Source: a virus (taxonomy: Duplodnaviria > Caudoviricetes). From it: a stretch of DNA of 34,104 nucleotides. Below are positions 9,251-18,132 of this stretch, piece after piece; positions within the stretch are counted from its first letter, which is position 1; each line of letters begins with the position of its first letter. Under the pieces are notes generated by a model. It saw nothing but the letters and a program-made list of their open reading frames with translations. It was not told the origin of the DNA and did no database searches. The position numbers and the translations under genes were made by a program. The stretch spans positions 1 through 34,104 of IMG/VR virus record IMGVR_UViG_3300043447_000197, one strand, 5' to 3'.

Positions 9251-9270
9251 GCCACCCTTTGTGGCTTTTT
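9251..9270 (+). terminator. Short hairpin plus T tract (lysin terminator or 5' UTR hairpin)
   Basis: GCCAC-CCTTT-GTGGC-TTTTT. Confidence 0.45.
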
Positions 9271-9282
9271 ACAGGAGGATGT

Positions 9283-9483
9283 ATGGAATCACGTAAAAGA
9301 AGTTTGGCTAAAAGTATTAGCTGGCAAATCCTACACATGACAGTTGTTGCAGGAGTTGCATTTTTGATTACTGGAGAATGGGAAATTGCTGGATTACTAG
9401 CTATCCTAGAACTCTTTTGGGAGACTGCTGCATTTTATTTGCACGAACGTGCTTGGGCACGATGGGGAAAGAAGATAAAGTAA
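9283..9483 (+). CDS. DUF2061-like small membrane protein
   Basis: ESRKRSLAKSISWQ...YLHERAW; RBS AGGAGG before ATG 9283. Confidence 0.8.
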   Translation: MESRKRSLAKSISWQILHMTVVAGVAFLITGEWEIAGLLAILELFWETAAFYLHERAWARWGKKIK

Positions 9484-9662
9484 TGCCAGTATACGAGTAC
9501 GCTTGCACGTCATGCGAACATAATTTTAAAGAAACTAGAAGTATTCACGATCCATCTCCAGAGCATATCTGTGAGAAGTGTGGCTATAGAATGCGTCAAG
9601 TTATTGGTACCCCTGCGATTCAGTTCAAGGGCAGTGGATTCTATCGTACGGATAATAAGTAA
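9483..9662 (+). CDS. FmdB-family zinc-ribbon protein
   Basis: MPVYEYACTSC...CEKCG...FKGSGFYRTD. Confidence 0.9.
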   Translation: MPVYEYACTSCEHNFKETRSIHDPSPEHICEKCGYRMRQVIGTPAIQFKGSGFYRTDNK

Positions 9663-9898
9663 TGGTAGAAGAAACAATAAAAGAATGGACACTCACAGCA
9701 AACGATCGCTGTGATAGCTGTGGAGCACAGGCCTACGTCCACGTAACTGGTGTTACTGGAGACCTGCTATTTTGCTCTCACCACTACAATAAGGTCGTAG
9801 ACAATGCAGTTGGATATGACAAAATCATGAAGTTTGCGTATAATATTGTTGATGAACGTGAACGACTAGTACAGAATAGGCTACAGGGAGATGACTAA
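9662..9898 (+). CDS. Small actinobacterial zinc-binding protein (DUF7455-like)
   Basis: LTANDRCDSCGAQAYV...LLFCSHH. Confidence 0.7.
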   Translation: MVEETIKEWTLTANDRCDSCGAQAYVHVTGVTGDLLFCSHHYNKVVDNAVGYDKIMKFAYNIVDERERLVQNRLQGDD

Positions 9899-10892
9899 AA
9901 GAGTATTGTTAACAGGAGGTGCTGGCTTCGTTGGAAGTCACGTGCTTAAACGAATCCTGAATACTACTGATTGGGAAGTGGTATGTCTTACTACATTCCA
10001 CCACCATGGACTGCAAGATAGAATTATCTTTGCAACAGATGGATCAGAGGAAAAGCTAAAAAGAATTAAACTGCTTACGTGTGATCTAACTGCACCAATT
10101 TCACCAGTTACTGCTAAGCAGTTTGGAAAGATTGATTATGTAATTAATCTTGCAAGCGAGAGCCATGTTGATAGAAGCATTGCAAACCCTGCACCTTTTA
10201 TCATTAACAATGTTCAGGCTATCTGTCACATGCTTGATTGGGCACGAGAAGCAAAGCCAGAAAAGTTTATTCACGTATCTACTGACGAGGTCTTTGGTCC
10301 GTACCAGGGTCGTAACTTTACTGAGTGGGACACACACCTACCAAGCAATCCATACAGTGCATCTAAGGCTGCACAGGAAGACATTATCTATTCATACTGG
10401 AGAACATATAGCATTCCAGTAGGTATTGTTAACATAATGAATATTGTCGGTGAATGTCAGAATGTTGAGAAGTTCACGCCAATGGCAATTAAGAAAATTA
10501 TCAATGGTGAGACTCTAGATATTCACACCTACGATGGCGATAAGATTGGAAAGCGTTATTGGCTTTATGCAGGAAACAAAGCATCTGCATTGCTACATGC
10601 GTTGTCACAGGAGTTCCCACTGCCATCAAACGCAGACAAGCCTTTGAGATTTAATATCGCAGGGGATGCTGAGTATTCAAACCTTGAGTGGGCAGAGAAG
10701 ATTGCAAACATTATTGGTAAGCCAATTAAGTATCAGCTCGTAGACTCTTCTATTTCTAGACCAGGGTATGACTCAAGCTATGGGCTTGACAACAGTAAGC
10801 TTGTTGAGTCTGGCTGGGTACCGCCACATGATCTTGATGAATCTCTAAGAGAGATTGTAGAGTGGTATATGGAGCACCCAGAATGGCTATAA
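9891..10892 (+). CDS. rfbB: dTDP-glucose 4,6-dehydratase-like NAD-dependent dehydratase
   Basis: TGGAGFVG, ASESHVDRSI, STDEVFG, PYSASKA. Confidence 0.85.
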   Translation: MTKRVLLTGGAGFVGSHVLKRILNTTDWEVVCLTTFHHHGLQDRIIFATDGSEEKLKRIKLLTCDLTAPISPVTAKQFGKIDYVINLASESHVDRSIANPAPFIINNVQAICHMLDWAREAKPEKFIHVSTDEVFGPYQGRNFTEWDTHLPSNPYSASKAAQEDIIYSYWRTYSIPVGIVNIMNIVGECQNVEKFTPMAIKKIINGETLDIHTYDGDKIGKRYWLYAGNKASALLHALSQEFPLPSNADKPLRFNIAGDAEYSNLEWAEKIANIIGKPIKYQLVDSSISRPGYDSSYGLDNSKLVESGWVPPHDLDESLREIVEWYMEHPEWL

Positions 10893-12079
10893 GATATTAT
10901 TGTCGTGCATGCAATAGCGATAACCTAAAGACTGGTATAGATCTTGGTATGCAGCCTGTTGCAGGAGCCTTCACAAAGGATGCTGAGCGTATAGACCTGT
11001 ATGAGAACAAGATGCTAATCTGTATAGACTGTGGCCTAGGACAGCTATCTGTTGACCTTGAGCCAGCAACTCTTTACAGCAAGTATAACTGGAGGACTTC
11101 TACTAGCAAGTCATACATAGAATATATTCATGACTTTGCTGATAAGAATATAGTCCCACGCATTCGTGAAGATGAATGGGTCCTTGAGATTGCTAGCAAT
11201 GATGGCTATCTTTTGAAGTACCTCAAGGATAAGGGTATTGATGTCCTAGGAGTTGATCCAGCTAAGAACATATCAAACTATGCAATTTGTAATGGTGTTC
11301 CAGTTATCACTGAGTTCTTCAATACTGAGGTGGCACAGGAAATTCTTAGACTTAAGGGCAGTCCAAAATGGATTATTGCCAACAACGTTTTGGCACATAC
11401 ACCAGACATTCAAAGCTTTATGGCTGGCATTGCTACGCTTGCTAACAGCGATACAATAGTCACGATTGAGAATCCAACAATCATGAACATTCTTGATCAT
11501 GATCATTTTGATGTTATATTCCATGAGCACTATTCTTATTTGTCTGCACATGCTGTTGCGAAACTAGCAAATAGATATGGTCTATCTCTGTTTGGGTTGC
11601 AATCAGTTTCTCCACAGGGTGGGTCAAACAGATACTGGCTAAAGGTTGGGGCAGACATTCAGGATGATGTGCGTGCTGCTATACGTGAAGAAGTTCAGTA
11701 CGGACTATTGAATGAAGACAAGTGGAAAGAAGCACAGTCAAGAATCAATAATAGTATTAATCAGTTTGCATCAAAGGTTGAAAGAATCTGGCAATCTGGT
11801 GGAACTATCTGTGGAGTTGGAGCATCTGCAAAGTCAACTGTAGTCCTTAATTTTGCAAAAATTCCACAGTATAGAATTTCTGCAGTAGCAGATGATGTAA
11901 AAGAAAAGCAGGGATTTAACATTCCTGGACCAAACATTCCAATTGTAAGTATGGAAGATATGCTAAAACTTAATCCAACTGATATAATAGTTTTTGCATG
12001 GAACATTAGAGAAGAGCTTGAGAACAAACTCAGAGCTCTAGGATACACAGGCAACGTCTGGGTATGGAACGGAGAATAG
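10883..12079 (+). CDS. NDP-hexose C-methyltransferase
   Basis: CRAC...DLGMQP...CIDCGLGQL zinc site, LEIASNDG, ANNVLAH, FDVIFHEHYSY, GASAK, FAWN. Confidence 0.9.
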   Translation: MAIRYYCRACNSDNLKTGIDLGMQPVAGAFTKDAERIDLYENKMLICIDCGLGQLSVDLEPATLYSKYNWRTSTSKSYIEYIHDFADKNIVPRIREDEWVLEIASNDGYLLKYLKDKGIDVLGVDPAKNISNYAICNGVPVITEFFNTEVAQEILRLKGSPKWIIANNVLAHTPDIQSFMAGIATLANSDTIVTIENPTIMNILDHDHFDVIFHEHYSYLSAHAVAKLANRYGLSLFGLQSVSPQGGSNRYWLKVGADIQDDVRAAIREEVQYGLLNEDKWKEAQSRINNSINQFASKVERIWQSGGTICGVGASAKSTVVLNFAKIPQYRISAVADDVKEKQGFNIPGPNIPIVSMEDMLKLNPTDIIVFAWNIREELENKLRALGYTGNVWVWNGE

Positions 12080-12493
12080 ATGTACGAGTATTATGTAAAT
12101 GAAGTAACTAACGTAGTAGATGGAGATACCATTGACGTTGTAATTGATCTAGGGTTTGACATCCTATTTAAGTCACGTGTACGTTTGGCTGGTATTGATA
12201 CCCCAGAATCACGAACAACTGATAAGGCTGAGAAGGTTCTAGGACTTGAAGCTAAGGAGTACCTCAAGAAGCACGTAAAGGCTGCTAAGAAGGTTGTGAT
12301 CCGTACAGAGAAGATGGATTCATCTGAAAAGTATGGTCGTATTTTGGGCTGGGTATATCTAGATGGTGAGTCTGAGTCTATCAACAATAAGATGATCAAT
12401 GATGGATATGCATGGGGATATCTTGGAGATACCAAGGTAAAAGACTTTGAAGCACTTGCTAAGCAGCGTGCAAAGTCAACACAATCCAAGTAA
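12080..12493 (+). CDS. Thermonuclease (SNase) family protein
   Basis: VVDGDTID, RVRLAGIDTPE, KYGRILG. Confidence 0.9.
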   Translation: MYEYYVNEVTNVVDGDTIDVVIDLGFDILFKSRVRLAGIDTPESRTTDKAEKVLGLEAKEYLKKHVKAAKKVVIRTEKMDSSEKYGRILGWVYLDGESESINNKMINDGYAWGYLGDTKVKDFEALAKQRAKSTQSK

Positions 12494-12518
12494 TAACTAA
12501 TAATAGTATAATAGTATT

Positions 12519-12956
12519 ATGGAATACTTACTTGGTTCTGTTATGACTCTAGTCATACTGTTTGTTGCAGCAAAGAAATTTAGTAGCAGTAAAACAATGA
12601 AGGTTAGAGTCAATATAAAGTATAATCAGACCAGGGCATTTGAGCTGTCTAGACCATTAAATCTTATAGAAGAAGTGATGAAATTAGTTACTAATAAGAT
12701 GGTTACTCAGGCAACAAAGCACCATGACTCACTTCATGTAAAGGTTGTTATCGCAGATAACGAGGCATACTGGATCTCAAACAACAAGTTCTACGTCGCT
12801 GACGTGATGGATAGAATGGTTGTTCAGGAGTCAGCACGTGAAGTTGACACAATGGTCATGGATGATGTACAATTAAAAAAGATAAGCGAAATCGTAGAAA
12901 TACTTAGAGAGGAAGACGGTCATGATAGTAGTAGTCCAGGGGACAAAAAGCTTTAG
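12519..12956 (+). CDS. Hypothetical protein with N-terminal hydrophobic anchor
   Basis: ORF; TATAAT 6 nt upstream of ATG (leaderless). Confidence 0.7.
   Translation: MEYLLGSVMTLVILFVAAKKFSSSKTMKVRVNIKYNQTRAFELSRPLNLIEEVMKLVTNKMVTQATKHHDSLHVKVVIADNEAYWISNNKFYVADVMDRMVVQESAREVDTMVMDDVQLKKISEIVEILREEDGHDSSSPGDKKL
12844..12873 (+). promoter_or_regulatory. Gene-internal promoter candidate
   Basis: TTGACA-18 bp-TACAAT upstream of ATG 12922. Confidence 0.45.
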
Positions 12957-13275
12957 TGACTATTCTGTATTCTTGTCTGGGATTCGTTCTGCCCTGCTAA
13001 ATAGGGATGAGGATGACAAAGAGTTTACAGTTTTTACGGCAGGCCCATTAAACATTAATAACATGGCAATGGAGTTTGTCAACGTTACTGAGCGTAGTCT
13101 TAAGTCAAAAGGTATTAAGACTAAGCTAGTTAAGATTCCACCAAAGTGGATATCAGAGAATCACGAGGATATTGATTTCTTTGGTTTCTTTTGTAAGACG
13201 AAAGAGCCTGTGTCAGATATCGCTACTGATATGAATAAAAAAGATGTAAACGTACAAGTTTACAGACAATACTAA
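12922..13275 (+). CDS. Hypothetical protein, possibly SLOG/DUF2493-like
   Basis: N-terminus MIVVVQGTKSFSDY resembles the IIxGSRxFxDY start of that family. Confidence 0.5.
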   Translation: MIVVVQGTKSFSDYSVFLSGIRSALLNRDEDDKEFTVFTAGPLNINNMAMEFVNVTERSLKSKGIKTKLVKIPPKWISENHEDIDFFGFFCKTKEPVSDIATDMNKKDVNVQVYRQY

Positions 13276-13329
13276 TAAGATTCTCAAATAGAGAAAAATA
13301 AAAACAATACACGCAAGGAGTGTAATCTA

Positions 13330-13539
13330 ATGAACATTAAGTCTCTAAAGAAGATGGAAGAGATTGTCAAGAAGAACAGATCTCTTTCTTGGAATGGTTG
13401 GGATGTTGTAAACCTCATTCCAAATCCAACTGCATGGAGCAAGCAGGATGGTGCATTTGTCCGTGGTCGCTGGTACATTAAGCAGATCTTCCCAGTCACT
13501 GAGACTGGTTGGGAAATTCCCAATAGATTCGTGGGGTAG
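13330..13539 (+). CDS. Hypothetical protein
   Basis: ORF with RBS AAGGAG. Confidence 0.75.
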   Translation: MNIKSLKKMEEIVKKNRSLSWNGWDVVNLIPNPTAWSKQDGAFVRGRWYIKQIFPVTETGWEIPNRFVG

Positions 13540-13542
13540 TAC

Positions 13543-13830
13543 ATGGCTAGAGCTAAAGACAATTGGAAAGATACTGCCAGATGTAAGAATTTTGATACAA
13601 ACCTATTCTTTGACCAGTACGAAGAAGACCTAGAGCTACGTGAAGACATAGATACGCTATGCTCAATGTGTCCAATGGCAAGACTATGTTTTGCAACTGG
13701 AGTATCGCAAAAGGCTTGGGGTGTCTGGGGAGGTATCTATCTTGAAGATGGAGAAATCTCAAGAGAGTTCAACAAGCATAAGACTAAGGCTAAGTGGGCA
13801 TCCACCTGGAAGTATTTGACGGTGGACTAA
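13543..13830 (+). CDS. whiB: WhiB-family Fe-S transcription factor
   Basis: W..ARC...LFF...CSMCP...C...WGVWGG: four Cys plus G[VI]WGG turn. Confidence 0.92.
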   Translation: MARAKDNWKDTARCKNFDTNLFFDQYEEDLELREDIDTLCSMCPMARLCFATGVSQKAWGVWGGIYLEDGEISREFNKHKTKAKWASTWKYLTVD

Positions 13831-14390
13831 TGTCTCTTTGGTTAGTAGAAAAAGCTATTATGGTTTCTCCAAAAAGCTTTAATGATGAGATTCTTTTTAG
13901 GGGATCTTCTGACTTAGAGTCTCAGATGCTTGGAATAACAAAAAGCAAGTTTGATACATTCACTATTTTTAATGCTCCTATGGAGGGGCATAAGAGTCTG
14001 TATGTTCATGCAATGCTTGAGGATGGTTCAGTATCGTTCCCAGAACTGGGTATAAACCATATCATTGGTCGTGGAGACTATGTTGCATACAGATCAGAAC
14101 TAGTTGTTGACATGGTTGGTGATTCAATCAAGAAGAAGTATGGGTTTTCACACACACCAAGATCTTTTGGTACTGGTGAAAAGCTGTATGAGATAACCGC
14201 AACTATTCGTGATGACTACAAGATCTCTATCTATGCTAATAGTGAGCAGGAAGCCCTTGATACCGCAGATGGAATTGACATTGCTGAATGGAGACATCCA
14301 GATGTTCAAGAGGATGCACATCTGACTGATAGAAGAATAGTTAGACATGCAAGATGGGGAAACCTGTCAGTAAATGAGATTAAGGATTAA
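13830..14390 (+). CDS. Hypothetical protein
   Basis: ORF; ATG overlaps whiB stop (TAATG). Confidence 0.65.
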   Translation: MSLWLVEKAIMVSPKSFNDEILFRGSSDLESQMLGITKSKFDTFTIFNAPMEGHKSLYVHAMLEDGSVSFPELGINHIIGRGDYVAYRSELVVDMVGDSIKKKYGFSHTPRSFGTGEKLYEITATIRDDYKISIYANSEQEALDTADGIDIAEWRHPDVQEDAHLTDRRIVRHARWGNLSVNEIKD

Positions 14391-14391
14391 T

Positions 14392-14634
14392 ATGTATACA
14401 GACTCAATGAGAAGGGCCTTTAAGTCACTTGCACACTATGCACCAAAGGGATTTAAAGTAACCTTAGTTGACAATGATACCTTTATAACAGTTAAAGCAA
14501 GTGAGCCAGATTTCATGAAGCTACTTGACGAAGACAAGCGTCGTGCTGTAGAATATATGGTGAGGGTTAAATCAGCCCTTGAAGATAATGGAGCCATCGT
14601 ACTTTTGGTACGAGAAGGTGGAGAGGACATTTAG
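14392..14634 (+). CDS. Hypothetical protein
   Basis: ORF with AAGGA RBS before ATG 14392. Confidence 0.7.
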   Translation: MYTDSMRRAFKSLAHYAPKGFKVTLVDNDTFITVKASEPDFMKLLDEDKRRAVEYMVRVKSALEDNGAIVLLVREGGEDI

Positions 14635-15125
14635 TGCAAACTTTTTTGCCGTCTAAGGATTTTGATACTACTGCTAGTATGCTAGATTCAAAAAGATTAA
14701 ACAAGCAGATTCTAGAGTGTTACCAGATTCTAAAGGTCTTGTCTAACGATGACCCAAAGGCAGGTTGGCGTAATCACCCTGCAGTCAAGATGTGGCGTGG
14801 CTTTGAGCACACGCTGTTTACCTATGCCCTCGCAATGGTTGCAGAAGCTAACCGTCGTGGTATTAAGACAGACAAGAACATGGACAACCTAGTTGCACTG
14901 AGGGTCGCAAACCTAAAAAGGTGGGGGCACGGATTCCCAAAGTGGTACCAGAATTCAGAAGAAATGAAGCGTATAACTGTAACCCATATGGCTAGACTAT
15001 TTGTTAAAGATCCATTCTTCTACGCACCATTTAACTTTTTTGTAGAGCACAAGGACAACGTTCCTTGCTGCAGCCACTGTAATTATTACTGGCCAACACA
15101 CGTAAGCGATAAGGTAGCAGCATGA
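14634..15125 (+). CDS. MSMEG_6728-like / pyrimidine dimer DNA glycosylase (endonuclease V) superfamily protein
   Basis: MQTFLP...LDSKRLNKQILE...GWRNHPAVKMWRG...YYWP. Confidence 0.8.
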   Translation: MQTFLPSKDFDTTASMLDSKRLNKQILECYQILKVLSNDDPKAGWRNHPAVKMWRGFEHTLFTYALAMVAEANRRGIKTDKNMDNLVALRVANLKRWGHGFPKWYQNSEEMKRITVTHMARLFVKDPFFYAPFNFFVEHKDNVPCCSHCNYYWPTHVSDKVAA

Positions 15126-15532
15126 TAGAAAACATTATTATTGCAGTATTGTCAGGACTACTTCTTATATGTGTCTATGTTGGTGCATTGCTAAAGAAGA
15201 AGTCTATTGACCTAGCATTAAAGAATGCTCAGGCTCTCATTGATAGAAAAATCCTTGAGGATAAGCTTATACAGATTAACGAAGACAAGCGTCTTGTCGA
15301 ATCTGAAGAGTTTATGAAGTTTATGATTTCAAGTAGAGACTATGCATTTACATATATTGAAGCAACTCAAGAAGCACTAAAGGAATTTGCATCAATTATT
15401 GATCCAATAATTAAATACCATCATACATACGGCACTGTTTTGGGGGAGACTCCTCAATGGAGCCAGATGGAAGAGATTTCTAAGGCATATAGTGACCTAA
15501 TTAAGGTACTGCCAAAGGAAACAGAAAGCTAA
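15122..15532 (+). CDS. Hypothetical membrane-anchored protein
   Basis: N-terminal hydrophobic helix followed by a helical region. Confidence 0.7.
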   Translation: MIENIIIAVLSGLLLICVYVGALLKKKSIDLALKNAQALIDRKILEDKLIQINEDKRLVESEEFMKFMISSRDYAFTYIEATQEALKEFASIIDPIIKYHHTYGTVLGETPQWSQMEEISKAYSDLIKVLPKETES

Positions 15533-15565
15533 TTAATTAGCTAAGTATATATCCTAGGAGGAAAT

Positions 15566-15859
15566 ATGAACAAACAACTAAAAGCAATGCTAGCATCATA
15601 CGGACGATCAGTTCTTGGTGCAGCTTCTACACTATATCTCGCAGGCGTAACTGAGCCACAGGACCTTGTTTGGTCTCTTGTTGGTGCAATTGCACCTGTA
15701 GTTATTCGATATGTAAATCCGAATGACCCTGCATTTGGTCGTGTACCAACTTCAGATGAGGTAGAGGTTGCTCTTGCAGCTGCAAAGCCAGTAAGAAAGG
15801 CTCCTGCAAAGAAGGCAGTAGCTAAGAAGGCTCCAGTAAAGAAGCCAGCTAGCAAGTAA
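15566..15859 (+). CDS. Small two-helix membrane protein (holin-like) with Lys/Ala/Pro tail
   Basis: RBS AGGAGG; two hydrophobic segments, NPNDPAFG, tail KAPAKKAVAKKAPVKKPASK. Confidence 0.6.
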   Translation: MNKQLKAMLASYGRSVLGAASTLYLAGVTEPQDLVWSLVGAIAPVVIRYVNPNDPAFGRVPTSDEVEVALAAAKPVRKAPAKKAVAKKAPVKKPASK

Positions 15860-15874
15860 ATTAAATATAGATTG

Positions 15875-15907
15875 GGCAGGCTACTAATGTGTGGCCTGCC
15901 TTTTCTT
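15875..15907 (+). terminator. Intrinsic terminator
   Basis: GGCAGGCTAC-taatgt-GTGGCCTGCC-TTTTCTT. Confidence 0.85.
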
Positions 15908-15923
15908 ATGCTATAATAATATT

Positions 15924-16011
15924 GTCTCTCACACAGGCTATCGTTCTTAGGATGGACTAGTTACCTATTTTATGACCGTGCGTCTCGCAGGTAGGATGTC
16001 TGTGTGGGAGA
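15924..16011 (+). ncRNA. Candidate structured small RNA
   Basis: TGCTATAAT at 15909-15917; 14-bp terminal stem 15925-15938/15998-16011 with two G-U pairs; internal hairpins; no ORF. Confidence 0.6.
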
Positions 16012-16755
16012 TTACTTAATTCCCAAATCCTTTTGTCTCTTATCAAATGCTTCTAATGCCTTAGCATAATCATCTTCAAGCTTTGATGTAAGGTGGAACT
16101 TCTTTACCATCTCTTTAATAATGTAATATTCTTCTGGCTTTTCTACAGGGAATGCATTGGCTGCACCACTAGAGAAGTTAATGTCATGCTTAGCACGCTC
16201 AATGTGGTGTGCTAGGTGCTGATCAATTTGCTCCTGAGTCTTTAGGATACACTCTCCAGTGCCCCCAGAAAGCCTGTAGAGGTGTGGTAGAACATTCGGT
16301 AGGTCTTCTGTTACCTGCTCAAATGTGAATGGCACTATGCGGTCTATAGCAAGCATTGAGCCGTAAGTATAGCCCTCCCACATACGAGATTCTTGGTACA
16401 TAGATTCCTTGATGTACTCTTCCTTTTTATCACGGAAGAATGCCATGTTACCTTCAACAATTTCTGGTCTGCCAGCAATAGTTGCACCACCAAAACCATA
16501 AGATGTCTTTAGTATCTGAGAGGTCACTGAATCAACAGGGTCTCTAAGAATGGTTGTCATGGTTACGCCTGGAAGCTCTGCTCTAAACAGCAAAGGCTCG
16601 TGACAAAGAATAACCCAGTTATCAGTCTGGCTCCACTCACCTGCTACTCTTGGCTCAACATGATCACGTAAGTTATGTCCATACATATCTCTTACTAAAT
16701 CAAAAAAGAAAAACCCACCAGTTCTTGGCATGGTATTTAGAATAATTTTATACAT
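16012..16755 (-). CDS. Sulfotransferase-like P-loop protein
   Basis: 5'-PSB-like MPRTGG, 3'-PB-like ILRDPVDSVTS, FEQVTED. Confidence 0.65.
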   Translation of the reverse strand: MYKIILNTMPRTGGFFFFDLVRDMYGHNLRDHVEPRVAGEWSQTDNWVILCHEPLLFRAELPGVTMTTILRDPVDSVTSQILKTSYGFGGATIAGRPEIVEGNMAFFRDKKEEYIKESMYQESRMWEGYTYGSMLAIDRIVPFTFEQVTEDLPNVLPHLYRLSGGTGECILKTQEQIDQHLAHHIERAKHDINFSSGAANAFPVEKPEEYYIIKEMVKKFHLTSKLEDDYAKALEAFDKRQKDLGIK

Positions 16756-17860
16756 TATATTGTCTCGTTTCGCTGTGGGGATCAGTCATGATGTCCGTTG
16801 GGTTCATTACTGTATATCCAGAATTATTAGCAACTTCAAGTAAGGTATTTGCAAATAGCTCATCACTAATTATAGCAGAGTTGTCTAGGTCAACCTCAAC
16901 AACCTCTTTGATCTCAAGTGTTACTGGGTCATACTTAATAAAATCTATGTATTCTTCTATTGTTCTAGACTTGAATGCACCATACTCTTCATTGTATGTG
17001 TTCTCTGGATTCTGGAATATAGACTTATACTTCTCGTAAGACTCTAGGTTAGCTGCCAAGATTCTAGCCTTTTGCTCTGGCCTATCCCACCTGATGTGTC
17101 TAACAAATGGATCTACCCCAGAATCATCTGGTCTCCAGTAGTTAAAGTTATTGGTGTACATGTGAATTGGAGACACTACATTGTACCCAGCAGTCCATGC
17201 ACGTAGCATAGAAATCTGCTGTTCAAAGCACTGAGCCATCTCCCATGGGAATGGTGCCTCTCTAAGATACTCTGTATCTGCAAAAACCATGTTGCCATTG
17301 TAAAACTTTTCAAGAATCATTGTGTTCTTTGGCTTTTGCAATACCTTACCATTTAGTGATATTGGGTAGGGGAAGCTGAGCATGCCAGCAATTCCTTCCC
17401 ACTCACCACTATCTGCACATGATGTTAGTGGGTCAGAGATTAGTGGGTCAGACCAGTGATCAAAATAAATAGTTTGTGAATTTATAACGCTCTTGCCAAA
17501 TGTTCTGTTGGCTATAAGCAATTCAGTCTCAAGCATTATGTCCCAATTTTTTCTAAACTTAGTATGAGAATCAACTTGCATGTAATACTTCTCATCTGTT
17601 AAGAACTCATCAGTGATTGTTCGTTTAATCTGACACAAATAGTTTGGGGCATCATCACCATGAACCTTCTTAATGTGTATCTTTGCTTGTGGAATCTTAT
17701 TCTGCAGGGTATCAATCATCCAGTCATCTTCAGGATAGCCCTGGAAGAATACGCCAAACACTATCCTATCCTTATCATATGCCTGATTGTAGGCAGATAG
17801 GATTGTTTCATACACAAAAGGATCTCTCCAGCATGGTATTGCTACAAAAACTTTATTCAT
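16748..17860 (-). CDS. GT60-family glycosyltransferase
   Basis: VFVAIPCWRDP...RIVFGVFFQ, YYMQVDSHTKFRKNWD, GNMVFA, FEQQISMLRAWTAGYNVVSP; start could also be 17866. Confidence 0.8.
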   Translation of the reverse strand: MNKVFVAIPCWRDPFVYETILSAYNQAYDKDRIVFGVFFQGYPEDDWMIDTLQNKIPQAKIHIKKVHGDDAPNYLCQIKRTITDEFLTDEKYYMQVDSHTKFRKNWDIMLETELLIANRTFGKSVINSQTIYFDHWSDPLISDPLTSCADSGEWEGIAGMLSFPYPISLNGKVLQKPKNTMILEKFYNGNMVFADTEYLREAPFPWEMAQCFEQQISMLRAWTAGYNVVSPIHMYTNNFNYWRPDDSGVDPFVRHIRWDRPEQKARILAANLESYEKYKSIFQNPENTYNEEYGAFKSRTIEEYIDFIKYDPVTLEIKEVVEVDLDNSAIISDELFANTLLEVANNSGYTVMNPTDIMTDPHSETRQYNV

Positions 17861-18095
17861 TATCATGTCTTTCATATTCACGTTGCTTGTGACAATTCGA
17901 ACAAACAACATCACACTTCTTTACTTCTTTCCAAGCTGCATCTTTTCCATATTTGCGAAGGACACGATAGACTAGGTCAATCTTCTTCACCCCTGGACGA
18001 TGATCGAACTCAAGGATATAGTGTGGGTAGCGAACTTTGCAGTCCTTGCACCCCATCTTCTCCTTGTAGGCCTGAAACTGAGAGTATTGATTCAT
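17853..18095 (-). CDS. HNH endonuclease
   Basis: CKDC...LEFDH...KCDVVCSNCH. Confidence 0.85.
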   Translation of the reverse strand: MNQYSQFQAYKEKMGCKDCKVRYPHYILEFDHRPGVKKIDLVYRVLRKYGKDAAWKEVKKCDVVCSNCHKQREYERHDNE

Positions 18096-18132
18096 TGATA
18101 ATATTATATCAAATATTCGGTATAATTGTTCT

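Noticed and set aside
9211-9282. N-terminal extension of the DUF2061-like ORF from TTG 9211
   Set aside because: That TTG is the -35 TTGACA of a promoter; AGGAGG supports ATG 9283
15924-16011. Assignment of the candidate RNA to tRNA, SRP RNA or a hammerhead ribozyme
   Set aside because: No T-loop TTCRA, no SRP GGAAG/AGCAG loop, no CTGATGA/GAAA core; left unassigned
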